A stretch of 64,000 bases of DNA from Candidatus Dojkabacteria bacterium. GTDB taxonomy: Bacteria; Patescibacteriota; Dojkabacteria; J137. The position numbers and the translations under genes are program-made. Location: NCBI GenBank assembly GCA_040006935.1, contig JBDTVZ010000001.1, forward strand, positions 167,772 through 231,771. The letters run 5' to 3'. Below, one piece after another: positions 36,001 to 46,228 of this stretch; position 1 is the first letter of the stretch, and each line of letters begins with the position of its first letter. Under the pieces are notes generated by a model. That model had not been told where the DNA came from, ran no database searches, and was given only the letters and a program-made list of their open reading frames with translations.

Positions 36001-39000
36001 TTGGACTAACACAGGAAAAACTCTTCCAGGAAATCTCGGACTTTCTCAATTAGCTATAATTGGAAATAACATCTATCTATTTGGTGGATATAATGGCTCA
36101 GCAGCTACAAATGTAATCTATACTGCAACAGTAGCGGATCCAACCACTTGGACAACAGTTGTTGGAAAGACTCTTCCAGTAAACCTATATGGTTCACAGA
36201 TTGCTGTAATTGGTGGGAATATTTATCTATTTGGGGGTAACAATGGTTCCTATACAAATGCTATTTATACTGCTACTGTTGCAGATCCTGTAACTTGGAC
36301 CTTAGTAAGTGGAAAAACATTACCTGCGGCTTTATTTTCATCACAATTATTAGTAGTTGGGAGTAATGTGTACTTATTTGGGGGATTTAATGGAAGCGCA
36401 GACACTAACGTAATTTACACAGCCACAGTAGCCGCACCAACTACATGGACTAATACAGGTAGAGTATTACCGGGAATCCTTGAGTGGAATCAAGTCGCAG
36501 TTGTTGGTGATAATATATTTTTATTCGGGACATTTAATGGCAGTAGTGGAACAAATGCCGCCTATAGATCTACAATTGCGGACCCACTAACATGGACTAC
36601 TGCTGCCTTTACAATTCCATCAAATATATATTTATCCCATGTTGCCGTTATCGATAATTTTATATATTTGTTTGGTGGTACTGCTCCTGTCTCGGGTGTA
36701 AAGAATGCAATTTATAGAGCTCCAGTAGTGCATAATCGTGGGAATGTTTCCAATGACTCTTGGGTTACAAACTGGCCAACTGTTGCATCAGATCAATCCG
36801 GCATTACTATTGGCGGAGTTGCTGTAACGAATGTTAATTTTGTAAGCTCAACGTCTATCACTGCCACAACAGGCGCTCATGCCTCAGGAGTTGTTGATGT
36901 AGTTGCTTTGAACTATGATGGAAACTCCGCTACATTATCAAGTGGCTATACATATATACCGCCGCCCACAATTTCTTCAGTTACTCCTTCAAGTGTTGTG
37001 AAGACAGGTGGAAATTCTGTGACAATAAATGGTTCTAACTTTTCTGGAACTCCTACAGTAACTTTTGGTGGAATTGCATCATCTAGTGTAACTTTTGTTA
37101 ATTCAACTACGCTAAATGTTGTAACTCCAGCGCAAAATGTTGGAACTTATGATGTTGTAGTTACAAATCCGGATACTCAAGCAGTTACTTTGGCAGGAGG
37201 AATTTCGTTTACTGAATTACCACCTACACTTTCTAGCATCACTCCGAATAGTGGTCCTACAGGAAATGGTACAAGCGTAACGATTACAGGTACTAATTTC
37301 CTGCCACAAGTGCTGGGTACAGGCAATGATGGTGCAATTACAGTAGCTGCAAATAAGAATCTTTCAACCGATGCTTTAATCTTTGCACGAACCTGTGGAG
37401 ACGCTATTAGTTATTCCGTTACAGCTTTAACGTCTAATACAGCAACATTATTATCTATACCGACTGTTGCTTGCTTGTCAGCTGGAGATGAGGTGTTGTT
37501 AATAAATTTACAAGGAACTAGTGCGAATAACGGGAACGTAGGGAATTATGAGACTTTCCTTATTCAATCAATAGCTGCAAATGTAATCACTTTTACTTCT
37601 AATAAAACTAAATTTTATGGGAATGCTTCCGATGATACAAATATCGGTACTGCCACAACAAATCAGAGGGTAATGCTACAAAGGGTTCCTAATTATTCAA
37701 GTGTAACAGTTAACAGTGGGATAGTTCTATTTGCTAATCCTTGGAATGGTATAAAAGGTGGAGTATTGTTTTTTAGAGTCACTGGTACAGTAACTAATAA
37801 TGGATTTATAAGTATGGCAGGCAGTGGGTATCGAGGTGGTGCAGGAGCACCTGGTCCTTTCGCTAACAATGGTTATAACGGTGAGGGAATCGGAAATGCT
37901 AACGTGCAGAGCGGAGGACCAAATGCTGGAGGTGGTTCTGCTGGTTTATACACAGGGGCAGCATCCGCAACTGGTGGTGGTGGTGCCGCGTATGCAACAG
38001 CTGGAGCTAATGGAGTTGGTAGTGCCGCGAACGATGGTCAAGGCGGTTCTACCTATGGTACTGCTGGTTTGGATAAATTATATATGGGCTCAGGTGGTGG
38101 AGGTGGTTCGAGTTGGGTAGATGGGACAGGAAGTGGGAATGGTGGTGCTGGTGCGACTGGTGGTGGAATTGTTTGGGTGACAGCTAATACAATCAGTTCT
38201 TCATCTGGTGCATTTTATGCTTATGGTGGTGCAGCAGGAGCAGGCGTCGTTAGTGGCGCAGGCGGAGGGGGGGGAGCTGGGGGGTCTGTTTATATTGCTG
38301 GTAGAACAGTGAATGTCAGCACTACGCTCAACTTTGCAACTGGAAGTGCAGGTGGGACTGGTTATGGTGGCTTTAATGGTGGGCAGGCAGGACTTGGCCG
38401 TGTAGCAATTTATTATAGCGACTCTTTCGCTGGGAATTTCAATCCTACTCCTCTGATTACTCAATCCACTGTTGGTTCATTAAGTAATTCTACTATCAGT
38501 ATTGGCGGTAACTTAGTGACTCGATTATTCATTTTAAATTCAACTACTGCAACCGCTATCGCCCAGACACATTCGGCTGGTGCTGTAGACGTAGTTTACA
38601 CTGCTGGTGATGGTCAAACTGCGACTTTAGTTGGAGGGTTTACATATCTTGCCGCCCCTACTGTCTCTAGTGTAAGTCCATCCAGTGTATTTAATGATGG
38701 AGGGAAGGCGATTACCATTACTGGTACAAATTTTAATGCTACACCAACTGTAACTATCGGAGGGATCGCGGCAACAAGTGTGACTTATGTAAATTCTACG
38801 ACGCTAACTGCAGTAACACCTGCACATGCATCTGGAGCATTAAACGTAGTAGTCACAAATCCTGATGCACAGTCTGGAACTTTAACTAATGGTATTACTT
38901 TTACGGATCCTCCTGCAGCAGGAACTATATATAAATTAGGTTTTAATGATGTTAGTCTAACTCCATTACTTATAGGGCAAAAAAGTGGATCTATAATAAT

Positions 39001-42000
39001 TAAAATTTTAGATTATTACGGAACTCCTGTAAATGTAGCGTCAAATAAGACAGTCTACTTAAACTCAGATTCCTCCACGGATACATTTTATGATGTTAGT
39101 AACAATGTTATTACAAACATAGTAATTCCTACTGGTTCATCACAACAGCAGATTTTTTATAAAGATTTGAGTCCTGGAACTCCAACTATAACAATAAGTG
39201 ACAATCCGTATCCAGATTCACCGGATGCTGGATTAATTAATGATACTCGAAGCATTACAATTACAAATGGTAATCCAACAAAGATTAGTTTAAGCTCAGG
39301 TGGATCAACAATGGCGGTTGATGTCCCTCAACAGATAACGCTTACATTATTAAATGATTATGATCAAGCTGTACCTACCGGTAGCACTATTGCAGTAACT
39401 CTAGGTTCCTCCTCAAGTGGAGGAGTGTTTGCTTCAACAATTGGAGGAACGTATAACCTCACCTCAATAAATGTAACTAATGGTAGTTCATCCACAAGTT
39501 TTTACTATAAAGATACTGTAAGTGGAACTCCTACAGTTACAGCTTCTAGGAGTGGTTTTACTTCGGGAACAATTAATTTCACATTAACAAGTGCTGGAAT
39601 TTACAAAATATTATTTAATAATTCCCCTTTAACAGTTGCGGCTGGAAATGCATCAAGTGTTTATACTATTAGATTTCAGGATCAATTCGGAAATTACACA
39701 ACAACAAGTTCAGGATTAACAATTAATTTAGCAACTTCAGATAATACGAATGGTGCATTTGGATTATCTTCAAGTGGACCATGGACAGCAACTAGCGTGT
39801 CTGTTGGCTCAGCTTCTTCACAAGCAAATTTCTATTATAAAGACACATTAGTTGGTAGTAAAACTTTGACGATCTCTGCAACAGCACTTGTGGGAGATAC
39901 TCAAAGTGTTACTATCATTGCTAACACTGCACAAACAATGCAGTTCGTTCCTAATACTTCACAAACTATTGTGGCACAAGTACCATCTTCAGTAATTACA
40001 GTATCTCTGTTTGATCAATATGGGAACGTCGCGCAATCAGTCGGAAGTTCTCAATTAAATTTAACAACTAATAGTTCTAATGCAGAATTCTCTGCAACAA
40101 GTACTCCTTGGACACCTATTACTTCTATAACGATTGCTAATAGTGCAAGTCAAGCTAGTTTCTATTATAAGGATTTCATAATCGGAACTCCTACAATTAC
40201 AGTAGCAAGCAATACTTCCGCTTATCCACAAATTCAAAAACAACATACTATAACAACAGGAGCAACAACAAAATTACTAATTACTACTTCATCACAGAGT
40301 GCATTTACTAACACACCAACTGGAATAATTTCTTTCTATACTAGCGATGCCAATAATTATCAAACTCAGTTTGGCGTAGATTCGGTAGTTACAGTTAACA
40401 GTGGAAGTGCAGGTGGAAAATTCTCAATTGATAGTGGATCTAGTTGGTTAGCAAGTCTTACATTTAATATTTCTGCAAACACAAGCACTTCTAAAAGTTT
40501 TATATATGTAGATTCAAATGCAGGTAGTCCACTAATTACTATCAGCTCAAGTGGACTAACAAGTGCAACTCAAACGCAAACAATTACTTCAGCAAGTATT
40601 CAAAAACTTAGTTTTACAGGTAATAGTACAGTAGTAGCTTCTGTTCCTGTAGCTTTAACGATTCAAACTTTAAATAACTCGGATCAAGTTGTTGCATTAG
40701 CAGCAGATACTATATTTACATTACAATCAACACAAGGCACTGGTCAATTTTCCTTAACATCCAGTCCATTTACACCAGTTACAGAAGTGACTATTTCTCA
40801 ATTTCAAAATCAAAAAGTTGTTTACTATCAGGATACTATTGCAGGGTCTGTTACATTAACGGTAGATGAGAAAGTAAGCCAAGGTTGGACGGCAGGAACA
40901 AAATCAATTACTGTACTTGCAACAGATTATTATAGAATTACATTGGTTCAAAAACCTACATCAGTTGTTGCAGAAGCAACTTCCACTGTATTTACAGCAC
41001 AGACATTAGACCAATTTGGAAATGTAGTTTCTACAGGTTCGAGACAAATTTATGCTTATGGACCAGCTAGTGGAGAATTTAGTCTTGATGGTAGTAGTAA
41101 TTGGACTTCTACTACTTTAGGAATAACTCTTGCAGATTCTGCAACATCAGGTAGCTTTTATTATCGAGATAATGTACTAGGTACAAAAACAATTACAGTA
41201 TCGGACCAATCAAGTTTGGATAGCCCTGACATTGGTAAATTAAATGCTACTGCAAGTGTTGATGTATTGGGGCAAACACCAGTGGCATTGAGAGTTACAA
41301 GCACTGCATATACTGGAGGGAATAAAGTTACTGCTGGTACTTATACAGGAGCAATTACAGTACAAGCATTTAAAGCTAACGATACTCCTGCGATTGTAGG
41401 TTCACCTTTCCAAATTAATTTTGGTACAACTCCAAGCTCAGTTGGGAAATTTAGATTAACTCCTAGCGATTTGGATGCCGAAATAACACACGCTTCCATT
41501 AGTACAGGAAACACTTCAATTACAATTTATTTTACTAGTAATGTAGCAGGCACTCATTTAATGAACTTTACTGGTTCTGGAGTTACCTCAGATAGCCAAC
41601 AAGTTGAATTTGCCTCTGCAGTTAGTACTAAATTAGTATTCTTAACATCACCAGGTTCGTCACTTGCTGGAGTAGAATCAAATCAAATGCGAGTTCAATT
41701 ACAAGATCAATTTGGGAATGCAGCAACAAGAGGAAGCGACTTAGTTGTCAGTCTAACTTCTACAAGCGTTGCGGGGAAATTCTCATTATTAAATGTCGGT
41801 AGTTGGAGTGATATTACTCAAGCAACATTAACTACAGGCAATTCGGATTTATACTTCTATTATAAAGACACACTTGTGGGAACTCCTACAATTACAGCTG
41901 ATGAGAATCCCGATATTGGCTTAACTTCAACCTCACAAACTTATACAGTAACAGCTGGTAATGTTAATTCAGTTGTATTTACAAGTAGTAGTAATACACT

Positions 42001-45000
42001 GCAAGCTGGCCAAGTTTCAAATGTTATGAATATTTTATTAACAGATGCCTTTGGAAACGCTACTAATACCACATCTACACTGCAACTTTATTTATATTCC
42101 AGTTCTAATCAAGGAGCCTTCTCAGCAAGTTCTGGATTCGGTAGTACTATTAATAGTATTACAATTAATTCAGGTAGTTCTACTGGAAGCTTTTATTACA
42201 AAGATATACAACAGAATAGTCCGACAATTACTGTGAGCGATTTTTCAACATTGGATACTCCAGATGTTTCTATAGTAAATGCTACACAAGTCCAAACTAT
42301 AACTTGGGGAAGTGTCACAAAATTACAATTGGATAACGCTGCTTCATCTATTCAAGCAGGTGATCCTAAGCTTTTGCAATTAAGATTAGTAAATGGATAC
42401 AATATAGAAGTTCCAACAACCGGCTCGCTAACTGTTTACTTCCATTCTACTTCTGGGACGGGCTTATTCAGTTTGACAACATCATTTAATCCAGGAGATT
42501 TAATTACTAATTACAATATATCTGCAGCTGGCACTGGAGTAGATGTATATTACAAAGATACTAGTACAGGCAGTCCAACAGTTACTATTTCAGATGTGTC
42601 TACACCACCAGAAGCCCCTGATACAGGAATTACAAATGCAACACAAACATTTACAGTTCAATCGGCAGCGTTTGCAAGAATAGACTTTATCAGCTCTGCA
42701 CAAGGTTTAGTTGTAGGACAAACTTCAGCACAAATAACTGTACAGTCGAGAGATATTTTCGGTAATGTAACTGTAGTTGACAACTCAACACCTCTTTATC
42801 TTTACTCGACTTCTGGAACAGGACAATTTTCATTATCAACGGATTTTTCTGCTCCAAGTCTAATTACTCAAGGAACGATAAATGCAGGAGCTTCTACAAT
42901 GAGTTTCTACTATAAAGATTCAACTTACGTTTCACCGGGTTCCTTCCCACATGTTAAGGTAAGCAATCAATTCCCAAATCCCGGAGTAGATGATCAAATA
43001 ATTGATGGAGAACAAATAGAATCTATTACTGCAGGTAGTATAAGTAAAATGGTTTTAACACCATCAACTAATTTAGGGACTATTATTGCTGGTGGACTAC
43101 CTACAAACGTAACTGTTCTTTTCGAAAACCAATATAATATCGAGATTCCACTTACAACTAATCCAACTATATATTTATTCACTACATCGAGTGGAGGACA
43201 ATTTGCAACATGGAATGGAAGCAGTTGCGGTAGCTTTGGAATAACCTCAGTAAGTTTAAATAGCCCTAATTCAAGATTTACTTTCTGTTACAAAGATAGT
43301 GGTTCAGGATCTGTAACAATCACAGTATCTGACACTTCAAGTTCTGCACCAGATACCTTATGGACAAATGCAGTTGGGACAGTAACAGTAGATCCCGGAA
43401 CAATAACTCAATTGGCTTTTTTGAACTTAACAAATATTGATATTATTGCAAGGCACCCATCATCTGAGATCAAAATTGAAACTCGAAATATATATGGAAA
43501 TCCAACGAATGCTTTATCAGCAGTAACAGTAAATTTGAGGTCTACTTCGGCTACAGGTGAATTTGGTTCATCGCCTAGTGGTCCATGGGGAATTAGTTTT
43601 ATAACTGTTTTGACCGGGCATAGTAATGCATCTTTATATTATAGAGACTCAGTTGTTACGAGTTCACCCTTAACTATTACAGCAAGCGATAACCTCCCCG
43701 TTACCCCAGATACAGGTTTAACTAACGCAACAATAACATCAAATATTTTGGCTCAAACATTAAATAATTTCCTAATATCTAATATTACAGATCCAATTGC
43801 ACTTGGCAATCCAAGTAATGTTACTGTAACCGCCAGAGATTCGGGGAATTTTTTAATTGATTCTTATACTGGAACAGTCACATTTAGTTCTCTAGATTCT
43901 GGAGCAATATTACCATCGAATTATACTTTTGTTGCTGGAGATAATGGAACAAAAACATTTACTAATTCTACTGCATTTTCAAGCACAGGAGAACAATGGG
44001 TACAAGCAACTGATGGAGCAATTACAGGAAGGCAAGATAATATAACTGTTACTACAAATTCTGCAGGATCTGTTGCAAAAGTTATATTCATAGGAATGTC
44101 ACCTCCAATAAGTATGAGGACAAATACTGCATCTGTTCCAATTACATTACAAATACAAGACGCAAGTAATTTGGGTACAAATGCAACAACAGGTGGCTAT
44201 CCTATTAGATTAACTTCCACATCATCTGGTGGTGAATTTGCAACATCACCTAGCGGTCCATGGAGTGGTCCAGGATTATTTAGTATCAATGAAAATTTCA
44301 GCTTTTTACATGTCTATTATAGAGATAGTAATGCCGGTACTCCAACTATAACAGTATCTGATTGGGTTGGTAGTAGTGATAACTCAGGAATAACAAACGA
44401 TACATTAGCAGCAATCGTTAATACTTTACAAATTGGCGTAACTACAACACTACAAGTAAACAATAATTCACACAACTATGTTAATTCGCCAATTATATTT
44501 GGAAGAGACGAAGCAGGTTCCTATTCTGCAAAAGTTGATTTCCAGATTTCTACTAGTGACCCAGGTTCTGGTCAAGCTCAGTTATCTGATCTTGATATAA
44601 AATGGAGAGATCCAAGCGGTAACATTGTTAGTACGGCAACCCCAACTAATGTAAGTTCGTACCAATTTAGTGTACCTGCTTTCCAAGGAACTGTAGCCAG
44701 TGGTAATTTCACTTTAGATGTAATAGCTTCTGCTGGAGGATTTAATTCTGAAAGCATAACCAATGTGCCAGTTTCTGGTTGGAGTACAGAAATATTATAT
44801 GATGAGACAAACGCATCTGTTGGAATACCTCTATCATTTACTATTAATACTAAATTTAATGGAGTTGCAGCAGATCCGGAAGATTTCACAGTAAATTTCA
44901 AAGATAATAATGGAAATAATGTGAGTGGCGCACAGTTTACACAGAATAAAGCAGATTTAACTAGGACTACAACTGGTGTTTACACAGGGCAATTTGATAC

Positions 45001-46213
45001 TCTTAACTTAACTCCTAATGTTGCATATTATTTATACAACAGAGTATTTGATAGCACTGGCCAAACACTAGCAGAAGATAATCATCATGATATTTTCTTT
45101 AATAATAATCCTTTACTAGCACCTAGGAACTTCACAATAAGTAAAACTGTAACTTCTACTGCTCCCGCAGCTGAAACTTACGACTTACACTTCACTTGGA
45201 GTAGTGCAGTTAATGCTAGCAAATATATTTTGTATCGAAGTAGAGATAAATTTACACAGCTATATCAAGATCCTTGTACTATTACTCAAATAAGAGGCAA
45301 CCATCGAAATGGCGATACTGGAGCAACAGCCCCACTTTGCGAAACAACTATTCAACAGCATGTAGGCACAGATGATTCTACAGAATGGGTAGCAATGGCT
45401 ACAATCAATTCACCAGGAACTAGTTACACATTACCATGGTCACAAATACAAACTGATCTTATCGGTGATACCTATTATTATGTAATTAGATCTGAGAGTG
45501 GTCCAGTTGATAGTGCATATTCAACAATGGCTTATACAAGCAAAAGTAGATTTAATGTATCCACAGTTGGTAATGTAAATTGGGTTTCAATGCCATTTAA
45601 TTCTCAATATAAAAAGGCTAGTGATATTGTTGTTGAAGTAGAAGGGAGTATTACAGGTTCCGTTGGAAATCCGAGAAATAGGAAAATTAATAGCATTTCT
45701 ATTTGGAATCCTATTACTCAAACTGCCGGATCAGTATTTAGCTATAACACTGGGACTAATATTTGGACTGGAAGTGATTTTAACATTAACCCTGGAGATG
45801 GACTAAACATTACTCTCTCAGGACAGACAAATTCATTTGATTTCTTAGTTAGCGGTAATGATACTATTAATACAAGAACTCTTAACTTCAATAGTGCACC
45901 AACTTCAAACGTAAACTGGATTTCAATGCCATTTACAACAAAGTTTAGAACAGCAAGTGAAGTTGTAACTGATTTGGAGGGTGGTTTAATCGGATCTGTT
46001 TCTGTATCAAAGGATAAGAAGATAAGCAGCATATCACTCTGGGATCCAACAGTTCAAGGGTCAACAAAAATTTTCTATTATAATACTAATTTTAATATTT
46101 GGACTGGTGATGATTTTACAATTACTCCAGGTTCAGGTTTAAGTATAGTATTATCAGGAAAAGGATTTAATAGTTTTGATTTAAATCATATTTTAGTAAT
46201 AAATCCATATTAA
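33086..46213 (+). CDS. Giant surface protein (4375 aa): N-terminal membrane anchor, IPT/TIG domains, Kelch-like beta-propeller repeats, Gly-rich beta-helix-like module, ~25 Big-like ~100-aa repeats, tandem C-terminal ~150-aa module pair
   Basis: IPT/TIG motif (ITSVSPSSGYTSGGTNITITGT) x >=8. Kelch-like IY(L/A)FGG blades x >=12. Gly-rich GGxGxxG tract at 37.8-38.4 kb. Repeated modules end FYYKDT..GTPTIT(V/A)SD. The annotated start is TTG at 33086. A strong SD GGAAGGAG at 33128-33135 followed by ATT/ATA suggests a possible alternative non-canonical start near 33140. Confidence 0.85.
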   Translation: MAINSLTKISFPKIGRSNIIKLFLGFVLFVALILIAVFVLNKQTPLAQKTYSFIQDKVPLNSLSKDTTNSNETDNSLEFSQDLNTSSSYVKTIQKTDSENNYLNLNINNTAVGVYLTANESSSAVSANHKITYENIYQNVDFEYENFVDHIKETIFIKDAASPKEFSFYLKLPSTITLSSESDGSILASENGNSIFYIYPVTAQDATGKEVKYDYTLEKNESGYKLNLIPSQEVDFTQLVYPVIIDPTFTWTFGYSSDYTLSDSTKIEIAANVLRLKLNAGTYATDNPYAVTNNPVNFTTVSTFTETLGANNQGTVQYQLSPDKSVWYWWNGSTWTTASPSSFAQSNTATVVNAHFAAAGTLAGAGPFYVKAFLHAPTNTTPVELSGFTVTYTGPTAPSITTVSPSSGYTSGGTNITITGTHYVLPNSGGDTGWGAVAAKTLPTVLQGSSVAIVGNNIYAFGGYSTGYTNVIYTATIADPTTWSIVASKTLPANLAYASVAVIGSNVYLFGGFNGTTASTAIYRATTADPTTWTTVAGKTLPTGTYAASLAIVGNNIYLYGGSNATANTNLIYTATTADPTTWSNTGHTLPFISEAASIITVGNTMYLLGGNDVAYTGRILSASTSDPTTWTNTGKTIGGANGFFQIQAIGDYIYAFGGFTGSDLNVIYKAPISDPTTWSNTGFTLSTTIGVSQSAVINGFIYIFGGNVAGAVANGIYRVAITHLRPNVYNPTWLTNWSTTSSDQSNVYFGGVAATNIVYASTTSITATTPAHAAGIVDVVVTNYDGETATKTSGFTYVPPPTVSNITPTNVLKTGGTVTITGTGFIATPTVSIGGIAAASVTFVNSTTLTVTTAAQTVGIYNVIVTNSDGQTVTFPNAITFTELPPTVSSISPTSGFTAGGTNVTVTGTNFLAKNTGGDASWTTVAGKVLPSVLYGGQIAVINNNVYLFGGHNASAYVNTIYTATVADPTTWTNTGKTLPGNLGLSQLAIIGNNIYLFGGYNGSAATNVIYTATVADPTTWTTVVGKTLPVNLYGSQIAVIGGNIYLFGGNNGSYTNAIYTATVADPVTWTLVSGKTLPAALFSSQLLVVGSNVYLFGGFNGSADTNVIYTATVAAPTTWTNTGRVLPGILEWNQVAVVGDNIFLFGTFNGSSGTNAAYRSTIADPLTWTTAAFTIPSNIYLSHVAVIDNFIYLFGGTAPVSGVKNAIYRAPVVHNRGNVSNDSWVTNWPTVASDQSGITIGGVAVTNVNFVSSTSITATTGAHASGVVDVVALNYDGNSATLSSGYTYIPPPTISSVTPSSVVKTGGNSVTINGSNFSGTPTVTFGGIASSSVTFVNSTTLNVVTPAQNVGTYDVVVTNPDTQAVTLAGGISFTELPPTLSSITPNSGPTGNGTSVTITGTNFLPQVLGTGNDGAITVAANKNLSTDALIFARTCGDAISYSVTALTSNTATLLSIPTVACLSAGDEVLLINLQGTSANNGNVGNYETFLIQSIAANVITFTSNKTKFYGNASDDTNIGTATTNQRVMLQRVPNYSSVTVNSGIVLFANPWNGIKGGVLFFRVTGTVTNNGFISMAGSGYRGGAGAPGPFANNGYNGEGIGNANVQSGGPNAGGGSAGLYTGAASATGGGGAAYATAGANGVGSAANDGQGGSTYGTAGLDKLYMGSGGGGGSSWVDGTGSGNGGAGATGGGIVWVTANTISSSSGAFYAYGGAAGAGVVSGAGGGGGAGGSVYIAGRTVNVSTTLNFATGSAGGTGYGGFNGGQAGLGRVAIYYSDSFAGNFNPTPLITQSTVGSLSNSTISIGGNLVTRLFILNSTTATAIAQTHSAGAVDVVYTAGDGQTATLVGGFTYLAAPTVSSVSPSSVFNDGGKAITITGTNFNATPTVTIGGIAATSVTYVNSTTLTAVTPAHASGALNVVVTNPDAQSGTLTNGITFTDPPAAGTIYKLGFNDVSLTPLLIGQKSGSIIIKILDYYGTPVNVASNKTVYLNSDSSTDTFYDVSNNVITNIVIPTGSSQQQIFYKDLSPGTPTITISDNPYPDSPDAGLINDTRSITITNGNPTKISLSSGGSTMAVDVPQQITLTLLNDYDQAVPTGSTIAVTLGSSSSGGVFASTIGGTYNLTSINVTNGSSSTSFYYKDTVSGTPTVTASRSGFTSGTINFTLTSAGIYKILFNNSPLTVAAGNASSVYTIRFQDQFGNYTTTSSGLTINLATSDNTNGAFGLSSSGPWTATSVSVGSASSQANFYYKDTLVGSKTLTISATALVGDTQSVTIIANTAQTMQFVPNTSQTIVAQVPSSVITVSLFDQYGNVAQSVGSSQLNLTTNSSNAEFSATSTPWTPITSITIANSASQASFYYKDFIIGTPTITVASNTSAYPQIQKQHTITTGATTKLLITTSSQSAFTNTPTGIISFYTSDANNYQTQFGVDSVVTVNSGSAGGKFSIDSGSSWLASLTFNISANTSTSKSFIYVDSNAGSPLITISSSGLTSATQTQTITSASIQKLSFTGNSTVVASVPVALTIQTLNNSDQVVALAADTIFTLQSTQGTGQFSLTSSPFTPVTEVTISQFQNQKVVYYQDTIAGSVTLTVDEKVSQGWTAGTKSITVLATDYYRITLVQKPTSVVAEATSTVFTAQTLDQFGNVVSTGSRQIYAYGPASGEFSLDGSSNWTSTTLGITLADSATSGSFYYRDNVLGTKTITVSDQSSLDSPDIGKLNATASVDVLGQTPVALRVTSTAYTGGNKVTAGTYTGAITVQAFKANDTPAIVGSPFQINFGTTPSSVGKFRLTPSDLDAEITHASISTGNTSITIYFTSNVAGTHLMNFTGSGVTSDSQQVEFASAVSTKLVFLTSPGSSLAGVESNQMRVQLQDQFGNAATRGSDLVVSLTSTSVAGKFSLLNVGSWSDITQATLTTGNSDLYFYYKDTLVGTPTITADENPDIGLTSTSQTYTVTAGNVNSVVFTSSSNTLQAGQVSNVMNILLTDAFGNATNTTSTLQLYLYSSSNQGAFSASSGFGSTINSITINSGSSTGSFYYKDIQQNSPTITVSDFSTLDTPDVSIVNATQVQTITWGSVTKLQLDNAASSIQAGDPKLLQLRLVNGYNIEVPTTGSLTVYFHSTSGTGLFSLTTSFNPGDLITNYNISAAGTGVDVYYKDTSTGSPTVTISDVSTPPEAPDTGITNATQTFTVQSAAFARIDFISSAQGLVVGQTSAQITVQSRDIFGNVTVVDNSTPLYLYSTSGTGQFSLSTDFSAPSLITQGTINAGASTMSFYYKDSTYVSPGSFPHVKVSNQFPNPGVDDQIIDGEQIESITAGSISKMVLTPSTNLGTIIAGGLPTNVTVLFENQYNIEIPLTTNPTIYLFTTSSGGQFATWNGSSCGSFGITSVSLNSPNSRFTFCYKDSGSGSVTITVSDTSSSAPDTLWTNAVGTVTVDPGTITQLAFLNLTNIDIIARHPSSEIKIETRNIYGNPTNALSAVTVNLRSTSATGEFGSSPSGPWGISFITVLTGHSNASLYYRDSVVTSSPLTITASDNLPVTPDTGLTNATITSNILAQTLNNFLISNITDPIALGNPSNVTVTARDSGNFLIDSYTGTVTFSSLDSGAILPSNYTFVAGDNGTKTFTNSTAFSSTGEQWVQATDGAITGRQDNITVTTNSAGSVAKVIFIGMSPPISMRTNTASVPITLQIQDASNLGTNATTGGYPIRLTSTSSGGEFATSPSGPWSGPGLFSINENFSFLHVYYRDSNAGTPTITVSDWVGSSDNSGITNDTLAAIVNTLQIGVTTTLQVNNNSHNYVNSPIIFGRDEAGSYSAKVDFQISTSDPGSGQAQLSDLDIKWRDPSGNIVSTATPTNVSSYQFSVPAFQGTVASGNFTLDVIASAGGFNSESITNVPVSGWSTEILYDETNASVGIPLSFTINTKFNGVAADPEDFTVNFKDNNGNNVSGAQFTQNKADLTRTTTGVYTGQFDTLNLTPNVAYYLYNRVFDSTGQTLAEDNHHDIFFNNNPLLAPRNFTISKTVTSTAPAAETYDLHFTWSSAVNASKYILYRSRDKFTQLYQDPCTITQIRGNHRNGDTGATAPLCETTIQQHVGTDDSTEWVAMATINSPGTSYTLPWSQIQTDLIGDTYYYVIRSESGPVDSAYSTMAYTSKSRFNVSTVGNVNWVSMPFNSQYKKASDIVVEVEGSITGSVGNPRNRKINSISIWNPITQTAGSVFSYNTGTNIWTGSDFNINPGDGLNITLSGQTNSFDFLVSGNDTINTRTLNFNSAPTSNVNWISMPFTTKFRTASEVVTDLEGGLIGSVSVSKDKKISSISLWDPTVQGSTKIFYYNTNFNIWTGDDFTITPGSGLSIVLSGKGFNSFDLNHILVINPY

Positions 46214-46228
46214 AGATCGAATAAATTT

